A stretch of 64,000 nt of DNA from Takakia lepidozioides (taxonomy: Eukaryota > Plantae > Bryophyta). The notes beneath the pieces are model-generated. The model was not told the origin of the DNA. It saw only the letters and a list, made by a program, of their open reading frames with translations, and made no database searches. The DNA is taken from the NCBI GenBank assembly GCA_030704615.1, contig CM060731.1, forward strand, positions 74,586,001-74,650,000, written 5' to 3'. Shown here piece by piece: positions 25,701 to 35,685 of the stretch. Every line of letters starts with the position of its first letter. Position 1 is the stretch's first letter. Both the position numbers and the translations under genes were made by a program.

Positions 25701-26374
25701 TCAAAGTTACTCCAGTGGAGATCATTGGGTATTACCTTCGGTGCCACCTCATATGTACCTATATGACCCAAAAGTTATGATGCAAAAGGATTCTCAAATT
25801 CGTTCATGGTTTCAAGCAGCCTGCAACAATTTGTCAACACAGAAATTCGGACTTGATGACATTTTCTATAAGGGACATGTGGCATGGAAAATACTTGCAC
25901 GCTGCACCAGTAATTGGTACCCCACTCATCTGGACAGACAAGGAGCTCAGTGTCTACACCAATTTTGCTGTTCAGCGGTTACACCAAGTTGTAAAATGCA
26001 AACTTCCAGACATGGTAGGACAGCATTGTATGCCCCAGATGATTCCACAAAAAGTTCGAAAATTAAAACACCTGAGAGGCGATGAGGATTCTGATACAAC
26101 TGTTTCTTCACAAATTCTTTTGACATGGGAGAAGACTATGCAATTCAGATGGAAGAGAAGAAACAAAGGGGATCTCCTATGCCGGAAAGATTACCTCGAT
26201 ATCAGCCTCCAGAAGGCCTCACTTATCCAGGTAGTGATCAACCATCTCCGTCAACCAGAGACAGACCTCGGGCTCGTACACACAGCCCACCACGAAACTC
26301 TCAACGTCAACAGGTGCTCACTCACAAAGGTTTGCTACTCGGAAACAGTAAACCGTGAGGACACGGCTTTTTGA
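22745..26374 (+). pseudogene. Family B 3' extra ORF (Athila ORF1/env-like N-terminus plus long coiled coil), frameshifted
   Basis: Chain of same-strand ORFs 22877-26374. FLQNF...TVKGVELMITPLYLQQLFRLP resembles the Athila-ORF1/plant-transposon-protein motif. Heptad-rich Q/E/L/K stretch at 24200-25080. Confidence 0.6.
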
Positions 26375-26389
26375 GGGGGGAAGGGGTAA

Positions 26390-27300
26390 TGTTAGAGGAC
26401 TGTAGGGGACTTAGACACTTATACGGGATCTGTAGGGTACCCTTAATTTTTGCACAGACTGAGACCAACAGGAGCCTTAGGGGTGACAGCAGCGCACTGT
26501 AGAGGGGGGGGTTAGCCCGTCACAGTCGTCACAGCACACAGCCGACACAGCCCAACACAGCCCGTCACAGTCGTCACAGCCCACACAGCACAACACAGCC
26601 ACACAGCCAGTCACAGCCCGACACAGCCACACACACAGCCAGTCACAGCCCGTCACACACAGCCAGTCACGACACAGTCACGATCATAGGGAACGAAGAG
26701 TAGGACAGGGAACGACTGTGGGGAACAACACCTGTGAAGGGAACATGTTAGTTCACAGACGACGGTTAGAGAGGGAAACGGTTAGAACCGCGGATAGGAG
26801 GATAAAGGGAGAAACGGGGAATGAAGGGGGATCATCATTATTCGGAGGAGGACTTCGAGTCAGGGGAGCGGAGAGGCAAGATGGAGAGCACGATGAAGGA
26901 GAAAAGAGGATTAGTAGATGCTTGTTATATGCAAAGCTGTAGTGATATTGTAGAGCAGATTAGAGACATAATGGCTTCGGCCTGATACCTGATAAATCAT
27001 AATCTGATACTTATACGATACAATCACACTGTGTAGAGAGATCTGAGTGAAGCTGTGGATTGAATGGATGAGTGAAGGAAACCGATAGATTGATGAAGCA
27101 AACTGATACTTAATTATCAATGGTAAGGTAGCTAAGATGAATGCGAAAAGGGAAACAAATAGGAAACACCCCCATGATACACTAGCTGTAGGTCATGACT
27201 GATTGTTCTGCGCGGGCTGAGTACTTAGAGATTTCCAACTCTTCTATCTTGGAGTTTCCGCCTCGGATAGCGAAGGGATGGGTGAGTAAAAGCCGCGACA
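26390..27300 (+). repeat. Family B 3' LTR
   Basis: Follows the PPT at 26373-26389; TGTTAGAGG...GCCGCGACA. Confidence 0.95.
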
Positions 27301-27599
27301 CTCCTCCACTCAGAAAATGGACAGACAGAAATGCACAAGCTGAATCTAGACAGAGAATGTGCTTATGACAGCACACCCCTTTCGAAGCCAAACATGCAAA
27401 TGAGGGACAGACCTACAAAGCACGGAAGAGACAGAACAGAAAGAAGAAGAATATTGACACGCAATTTAATCTGCCAAGTATTTAGACAATCCCTCCCCGG
27501 ATCATGGCCCCTAATGAAGTCCGCATGATACTATTCGACACTCATGAGGTTGTGCTCACCTTCGGAATAAGTGGTGAGAGACTACAAATATGCCCATAA

Positions 27600-28360
27600 A
27601 ATGCACTCACAGATGGAGACGGTGTGCCTGCACCACGTTTTTTCCCTGCGTGCGCCACTGTGCCTGCATGTGCGTCCTCTGACATGGAGTCGGCTGAATT
27701 CCCAGTCCCTTCCTGTACTGCTCCCTTTTGTGGTGGGAGGTAAGGATCGTCGTCGTCTATGTCAAAAATTACTTTGGGCTTGGCAGTTGTACGAGTCATG
27801 ATGACGAGTCGGGCACTTCGTCTTGCCGGACCTTTGATAGGAGCTCCACGAGACCGTGCCTTCCGACGTGGTTTCACACCCGTAATCCTGCAAAAATACT
27901 TCCATTGCAGCCCACAGGTTACTTGACTATCTCCCATCTTAAACGACTAATACAAGACAAATGCAGCTCATACCCTAATGTTCGTAAAGGAGTTGGAAAA
28001 CGATGAAGTGCCTTACCGCTGTCCCAATGGCTGCCCGTCAAATGCGGTTCACTCCCGCCTACTGCTATGAATGCACTCTTATACCCTAAACTACACTCAA
28101 CTTGTACTTTTCAAGCCTTTTCTACTTTCACACCAACAGCGCCGCCTCTCGATCACACCTCATCTACCGTGCAAATGGGAAGAGATCACACTGTTAGCCA
28201 TGCATGCATTGTCAAAGGATTGGGTCACTGAGTTGTTTGATCCTTACCTTTCGAAGTCCTGCTTCAACTTCATCGTGGCATCCTTCACGATGGCAATATT
28301 AGCCTCACGTAGCTTCTCATACTCAGTGAGAGGAGCAATGACAACCTTGGACTTCACCAT
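27600..28360 (-). pseudogene. CACTA TnpA-like gene, 5' exons
   Basis: ATG at 28360 gives MVKSKVVIAPLTEYEKLREANIAIVKDATMKLKQDFE followed by the donor GTAAGG at 28247. The L.EYE..R..NI motif is common at the N-terminus of CACTA ORF2-type proteins. A further basic/acidic exon lies at about 27600-27890. Confidence 0.5.
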
Positions 28361-28471
28361 GAATGATCATGTAGCTCACTAGCACATACCGCAAGAGGTA
28401 GATATATTGTAGAGAGAGCACTGAGGACACAAAGTTGTAGAGACTCTACAGGGCATTGCATACTACGAGCT

Positions 28472-28714
28472 ATGAATGTTCAACGTCTGTTCGGCCATCA
28501 TGGTGCATATGAGCCACGCATGCGATTACGAGATGACAGACTATGGCAACTCGAGGAGGTGTACGCCATATCAAATGGGAACAAGAAAATGCTTTGCAAT
28601 TGCACTGAATATTATGGATCCAAATGGAAGTTGTTGGAGACAGTGAAGAAGCACTACCTCAAACATAAGAGGGATCCAACTTTGCGCAGCTGTACTATTC
28701 CGATACATCCATAG
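28472..28714 (+). pseudogene. CACTA TnpD-like transposase, first exon (transposase-associated Cys/His domain)
   Basis: KMLCNCTEYYG...LETVKKHYLKH resembles the N-terminal CxCxxC...H domain. It continues after the family A insertion at 53211. Confidence 0.55.
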
Positions 28715-28859
28715 GAAGTACATTGTCCTTCAAGACTTAGCAATCTCCAAGTTTGAATTTCGAAACCATTTTGGTATGGTAGTAGTAGCCATGACTTCAC
28801 CACTCCACATGTCGAAAGTTGATTGGCGAGTTGTAGTCATGTAGTTGTGTCTATGACTG

Positions 28860-29281
28860 TGTCATGGTTTTAGTCATGGTTATCTAGAATTACCTACTTC
28901 TAGTTAACTACGACATTTTAGATATTTATATTTATATTTTGTGTGTTGGGACTTCATTTGGTCTCATATGCCAAGTGAGGTGTCAAGCCTCACTTGGAAC
29001 ATGGGGATGGGTTTTCCCCTTGTGAGGGTTGAGGAGGGCTCATCTTCTTGTAGTTGAGCCTCCATGAGCTTCTCTCACCTCTATAGCTCTATGTATTGAG
29101 AGGGAGTGTGTTGAGGGCTTTGTAGGGTGGATTCCCTTAGCAAGGGTGCCCTTGGCTTGACTTAGTTTATGTGATAGAGTGGATTTCACTTGGAAGGACT
29201 AGGGCTTGTTCTTAGTGTGATTGCTTCATGCTTTGAGAGTTTTCATTGTCTTCCACTTCTCTCATTTCTCATCTCTTATCA
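28860..29281 (+). repeat. Family A 5' terminal repeat (segment B only)
   Basis: 422 bp near-identical to 52704-53124 and to the reverse complement of 4719-5139. The 85-bp A segment is absent on both sides. Confidence 0.9.
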
Positions 29282-30583
29282 CTACAAAAAGATCACCTTA
29301 TGCTTGTGAGTGCGGAGTGTAAGGATTAGTTTTGCACTTGTATGTTAAAGAGATTGAGAGCTAGGAGAATTTAGCTCTTGTATCACAAGGCTTGCAAGGG
29401 GTTGCAAAGAAAGGTGCTCGAGTATTGCATGCACCAAGGAGTTGGAGAGCTTGAGAAGAAAGCTCTTGAGTCACAAGATTTTGCAAGGATTGCAAGGAGG
29501 AAGTCTTATGTGTGTGGAAGCATGGATTCTAGGGTTTGAGAATCTTTTGTATGCATTATGGAGTCAATGGTGTGTGCCATGGCTTGTGGAGAGCAACTAA
29601 AGGATTGTTAGTGCTCATTTCACTATCAATCTAGGGTTAAGCAAGTTCAAAGTGTGGATGTTGTGGAAAGGAAGCCAAGGAGCTACATAGGCTTGGGCTT
29701 GAAGACAACAAGGGCAAGCACTTGGAGAGCACTAAGAAGCTCAAGAGGTTTTGAAAGGGAGCATGTGAAGAAATCTTCCAATCATGGTGGTGTGGAGCCA
29801 AGCTTAGGGCGCCATTGGAAGGGCTTGGAGAACATATGGTGCGAAATCCTTGAAGGGAAATCATCATTCAATGTATGCATAGCTTCACCCTAACTATGCA
29901 ATGTGACAAGAGGGGGAAGCAATACTTGGCTATTCATGCTCTTGGTAGTGCGAGCTTTGTGGTGGATAGTTGACCAAGCAAGTGGTGCATGTGTGGAGCA
30001 TGCTCTCTTGAGTTTGTAAGTTCAAGTTTGAGAAGGGGAGCTCTTGAACTAGCAAGAGGCGAATGTAAGTCCTTGACTTCTATGCTTCTACTCAAGCAAA
30101 AATATGGTCTCTAGGTGGTCATAAGAGACATCTTTTTGCTCTCTTCCATCCCAATGTGCAACCAAGAGTGGTCCAACTCAACTTGCAAATCATTGTCCCC
30201 CAAATCAATCCCCCTTCTAGTCCTTGGGATTTGGTTGCAAACTACCATATCTCCATTGCCGAGCAATCATGCATTTGTCTCCTCATCACTTGACAATTGC
30301 TCCAAATCAACACAAATTATCTCAATGTGTAGGAGCAATGCTTGTCACTTACAATAATGCTTCCAAGCAATCCACCTTGGATCCCACTCTCACGCCATAT
30401 GCCTCCTTTGGGGTCTTGCACTAATCCATCATCCATATGCTCCCCTTGGTCATTGAATGCATGTTCCATGACCTCTTGGCCTATGTGTTGCTCTCCTTCA
30501 TTGTAACATGAATCAACACCTCTCCACTTCACACACAAATAGATCTCAAGGCCTTCTCTTCATTACAAACCCTAGTAGTGTAT

Positions 30584-30980
30584 GCTCAGACTGTACCTCT
30601 GTTAGTATACCAAACAAGAGCTTGTTCCTTTGACTATACCTCTGTTGAGGTATCACCATATGTGAACCCTAATGTGAGACTATACCTCTGTTAGTATACC
30701 AAACAGGAGCTTGTCCATTTTACTATACCTCTATTGAGGTATCACCATATGTGAACCCTAATCAGCTCATATTATACCTTTGTTAGTATACCAAACAAGA
30801 GTTTGTTCCTTTTAATATATCTCTGTTGAGGTATCACCATATGTGGACCCTAATCAGCTCAGACTATACCTCTGTTAGTATACCAAACAGAACCCTAATT
30901 TTCAGACTATACCTCTATAAAAGTATCATCAACATAAGGGACCCTAGCAACCTCAAACTATACCTCTGTTAAGGTATCAA
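30584..30980 (+). repeat. Tandem ~90-bp repeat built from two ~45-bp subunits sharing CTATACCTCTGTT, in the family A 5' leader
   Basis: Core motif or variants near 30591, 30634, 30680, 30724, 30772, 30815, 30864, 30907 and 30958. Confidence 0.8.
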
Positions 30981-31957
30981 CATTGAAAGGACTTAGTGAA
31001 ATTTAAGGGCCTTTGGAGGATTGTTTGGAAGATATTTGAGGGCCCTTGGAGGATTGTTTGGAGGATCTTTGGGGTCCTTGGAGGAGTATTGGAGGACCCT
31101 TCGAGGAGCTTTGGTGATCAATGTTGAAGAGCTCTTGAAGGATTGATTGAGGGATATTTGAAGGATATTTGCCATGGCCATACAAGCGAGTGGATAGAGA
31201 CAGGAGGGAGAGTGGTGGGATGAGAGCATTCTGGGGTTAGGAATTGCTTTAGTTTCTCTTCTCCATAGTCTTTCACCATCTCTGTAGGCCAAAACCTTTC
31301 CGTAGATGGAGGCAAGAATCAGTCCGGGTTTGGGCAGGGGTGTCCTTGCAGGAGCGACACTGTGGAGTGTTTTTGGTGTAGGGGAGTTGTTGTTTTGATT
31401 TTCTTGTGTTTGGATCCCTTCCACACCTGCATGCTTGACTGTGCGCCATGTTAGCTTTGTGTGGGCGCTTGTTTTCATAGGAGATTGGTCCGGATTTGAT
31501 CACCGGCCAATCCTAGAGTATGCTGTCGGTGGTGAGGTTGGAGTGATGACCAGCAAGACCACCAGTGTTTCTTCTATGGTGAGGCTGGGTTGATGACCAG
31601 CAGACCATACGAGTGCTTGCGGTGGATGCAGGTGCAGGTACATGTCTATGTTAGAAACCTATTATTCCTGCTTGAACCAGTAGCCGCAATAGGTTCTCCA
31701 CCCGGTTACCTTGTGGAAAGTGGGGATTAGAGACAGGTTGACAACCGGTTGGGTTGTGAGTTCTCATCACGGAGGTGCCACCAGTTGCTGAGGGGAGTGC
31801 CAGTACAAGCACCAGCGATACTAGTGGGTACACAAGACGAGGTGTGCGGTTTAGGCCACCTTCACCTTCAGTGTCTTCTGAGGAAGGTTCAGACTCGGAG
31901 TTAGGAGGATTCTCGCCGAGGGTGCAAGTCATTTTTGTGCCATTGTTGTGAGACACA

Positions 31958-34287
31958 ATGGAGGAGATGTATGGAGCTACCAAGGGGCCATGTAGGTACT
32001 CTGGAGCTGTGGGCACCATCGAGCTTGATGACTTCATACAAGAGTCTGACAGTTGGTGTGATTTGCAGCAAATACGCAATCCACAACTGTTTACGCCCTT
32101 TATGGCGTGGAAGGGGCTATTCCAGCACCTTGAGGGGCCGCCCATGGTTGATTACCATGAATTTAGGCGGGGACATGCGGTGGAGATTGAGGAGTGGCGA
32201 GAGTATTGGTCACCTAACTATGTTTCCATCACTAGAGGCACAAGGGCAGCGGCGACACCAGCAGCTATACAAACATCTCCAACTGCAAGCACTAGTAGTG
32301 GGACAAGTGGTACAGGAGCTGGGAAATCCATTCAAGCTCCTCCTGCAGCATCAGCACCCGTGCCTGCCTTTAACCCAGTTGTGGAGTTCTTCGAGGAGTT
32401 GAGGAGAAACTACCAAGGGATAAGGACAGAGAAGTTGCGGAGCTGGCAAGAGTTCCAACGAAGGTCTACTGAGAGTTTGAGGTAGGCTTACACTCGCATG
32501 AGGCGCTTGATAAACGTAACCCAAGGGGTTATAGAAGCTCAGGTAGTCCAGTTCTGGTATGGGATCATAGATAAGGAGTTGAGGAGAAGGGTGCGGGATG
32601 CAACTCTCCTACAAGTGGACCAACCCGCCTTAGCAAATGTATTTTTGCTGGCAGAGCGGATAGAGCTCAATATGGTGGAGGAGTGAGTGGTTATGGTGGG
32701 GTTTGGCAAAGAGACACAGCAAAGTGGGGCTCCTAGCCAACAACAACCACTGTCCCAACGTGTTCAAGGCAACAAAGGGGCTCAGGTGAAGCCGAGGGAA
32801 GGACAGAGAGGATCTCAGATGCAGAGGTCTCTTCCTTCATTCTCAGGCCAACAATAGTAGGGTGTGACTTGTTGGGATTGTGGAGGACCCCATGTCAAGA
32901 AGGATTGCCCGGAGAGAGGCAAAGGGCCGGCACAGGCATAGCCTACACAACTACAGTGTGGGCATTGTGGAAAGTATGGGCACGAGGAGGCCCATTGTTA
33001 TGGCTTACATCCTGAGCTACGACCAGGCCAATTCCAAGGGAATAATGGTGGCCGAGGACGAGGCAATGTAGTCCAGAGAGGTAGAGGAGGCAGAGGTCGT
33101 GGTGGAGGTCGTAACCAAAACCAGGGAGCACGAGGTCAAGGTCATGACCAAGGCATGGTGGATAGGCTTGCCCAGCTAGAGCAACGTCTTGCTACTATGG
33201 CCACTACGCATGTTGCGCCAGCTCCAAGGCCTGAGGTTCAAGCCCCACCTGCACATCCTCCTATGCCTAGGGAAGACCAGATTGGTATGGGCTTCATGTG
33301 TGGAGCCGCACTTGCAAGACCATTGCATGTGGACTCTGCAGCTGCTGTCACTCGAGCAGCAACGCGTGCTCCTAAGTCAAGAGGAGCAGATATGGATTTT
33401 GATCCACAAAGGGGGAAGCAAGTCGACAGACAAAGCTTCCACAGTCTTTCACCTTGGCTGAGACAGTGCCAACTACACTATTGATGGTATCCGCTCACCC
33501 AAGTGTGTCAGAGGTAGAGCCACAAGTGCCAGTGGGGAGAGTTGGTGTGGCTCGAGAAATGCCAGTGGGTGGTGCTGCAAAGCAAGGTGCAGCCAGTACA
33601 TTGTTGGGGGCGGCTACGGCTACTTGCCAAGCTCCATTGTTTTCTACAATGACCATTGCAATGCCAGGGATTCGGCCAGCTGCTGTATTCAGACTAGCAG
33701 CTAAACTCTGTGAGAGTGGTGATACATCGGCACTATCTGCAGGGATAGCGGATAATGTGCAGTGCATGGATGCCCTGGACTCAAAGGTGAAGACAGCGGC
33801 AGCTGCACCATGGCAAGCGGCAGCTGCAAGGTTGCAGGAGTTGCCAGCTAGGCCAGCCATTGAGCGCAGCATGGTGACTCCTGGGGTAGTCCTGGTGGAC
33901 AATCAGGATGAAGTGTTTCAATTGGGTGGCCCAACCGGGAAGAGGTATAGGCCACTGCGGGTCTTGTTGGATTCAGGAGCACAGCCATTGATGTTGGGGA
34001 GAGCAGCAATTGCAGGCTTGGGCCTTACAGAGGCGGACTTGGAGCCTTGCCCTTTCCAAATTCAAACATCTTTGGGTGGTTCAGAGAAGGCGCGAGGGAT
34101 TACACGCCATGAGCTCTTCATTCGATTGCAGACAGATCATCCTACGGATGGTTCAGTCATGAGAGCTAAAGCCATTGTTACAGATGCAATGTCCTATAAT
34201 GTGCTTGTTGGTGGGGCTGTGTTATATCCAATGGGATTTACTCTGGACTTTTGGGAGGAAACGACATCCTATAGGCCGGAGTGGTAG
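31958..34287 (+). pseudogene. Family A gag and protease (copy 2)
   Basis: YSGAVGTIELDDF...STESLR*AYTRMRRL; knuckles CWDCGGPHVKKDC and CGHCGKYGHEEAHC; VLLDSGAQPL; YNVLVG. Confidence 0.85.
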
Positions 34288-34659
34288 TCAGGGGATGGCC
34301 GACGTGCACTGCTCCCAGTGCGGTTATTGGGAATGTAGCGGTGGATCATAGGAACATGATGCCCACATTGGCTGCATTCTCAGGGGTGGTGGCTTGGGGT
34401 GGTGAGCTCTTGGAGGGCAATAGTCATGCAGATGATAGACCACCATCTAATGAGGACAAACAAATGGCATACAAGGCTGAGTTGTTTCCTCATGTGCTTG
34501 TGCATATTCCATTGTGGGGTACGGTTGGGAATTTGCAACGAGTAGCAGGCGAGAGTATGCACCAAGCATGGCAGGAGGCCTTTCCATTGATGAGTGAGGG
34601 GAGTTCAGTGACATCACCCGGACCTCCTCAATTAGCTCCTTTGGACACAGTGCCCATTA

Positions 34660-34833
34660 CCTAGAACCATTTGAACTCGGGCTTGTTTGCTTAGACCTGT
34701 TTGGAGGCATGAGCACTGGGCTGAAGGATGTGTTGCAGCAGGGATTAAAGTATACAAGTACTTGTATGTGAGAAGGATATGAGATAGCTCGGGTATTTCC
34801 GCACATCGCATCTCACACCGATATCCTGATTGT
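34660..34833 (+). pseudogene. DNMT3-like MTase of family A copy 2, N-terminal part (motifs I-II)
   Basis: LDLFGGMSTGL...YKYLYV, ending ...RYP at the MULE insertion. This segment is indel-rich. Confidence 0.7.
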
Positions 34834-35685
34834 GAGGTTTTACTTACTATTCATGAGCAGAAACCATGAGCCATGAGCCATGAGCCGCATGAGCCGCATG
34901 AGCGGTGAGCCGAAGTCTAAGATACGCGGATTTCATGAGCGGACTCCTCCAAATTTGGAAATGCGGCAGATTAAACAAGTATTAAAATAATAGTTTTTTA
35001 TTTGACCTTGCCGTTTTTGGACGTTCCAGATCATGTAATGCGGCGAAGATATGTCGTCAGTAACAAGTCCGCTCATGGTTTTAGATCCGCTCATGGAAAT
35101 AAGTGACCGTGCAACGGGAAATCCAGTATACCACTGCAAAAGGACGTCGCATACTGGCCTGTATAGAGTATTCCGCGGTTTTACATGCCTTAACATTGGA
35201 ATGAAGCTGACCCTTTTGCCGCGATTGAACCAATGGAGTCTGCACCAATACAGTCTGCAGTACTTCACAATTCTGTCTTCTTCGGGTATTCGGCGGGAAA
35301 GGTTTGCAACTGAACTGGGAAATAGGGTGCCGCATTAGGGTTCGCACGTGCGAAATTTCGGAGCGGTTTGGTGTTGGCGAAGGCCGCCTCTCTGGGGGTA
35401 CCTACGACGATACTTGGAAATTCGGCGCCGCATTTCCTTGTCGGAGGTCGAATGAGGAGAGCAAGTTTTCGGAAAGCAGAAAAACATGAACCCTCCAACA
35501 TACAAAAATACATGCACGTGGAAACAAGTGAACGATATAGTAATATCTTAGTTCGATCAAAACAGGTTACTGGTAGGCAAGACATATGTCGGACCTTTCT
35601 GTGGCCAGAGTCTGAGGTACTGGCAGCAGTACAGTTCTACTATCCGAAAAGGATGGGCGTACCATTGGTGGACCGCAAGCCAAGC

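Larger units (their letters stand above)
14414..27300 (+). mobile_element. Ty3/gypsy family B, full length (non-chromovirus, Athila/Tat-like architecture), with extra 5' and 3' ORFs
   Basis: LTRs at 14414-15324 and 26390-27300 (TG...CA), PBS TGGCGACC at 15327, PPT GAGGGGGGAAGGGG at 26373, and gag-PR-RT-RH-INT order. The flanks (AGGGC / CTCCT) do not form a TSD. Confidence 0.95.

Noticed and set aside
29280-30580. Non-autonomous CACTA (CACTAC…GTAGTG with TAT on both sides)
   Set aside because: Only 6 bp of TIR match and there are no subterminal repeats. Removing it does not restore the LTR end. The CACTAC is explained by the LTR end CA plus the candidate self-priming site. Not fully excluded.
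30993-31478. Antisense ORF in the family A leader
   Set aside because: The frame is not preserved in copy 1 (13878-14429) and there is no recognisable domain.
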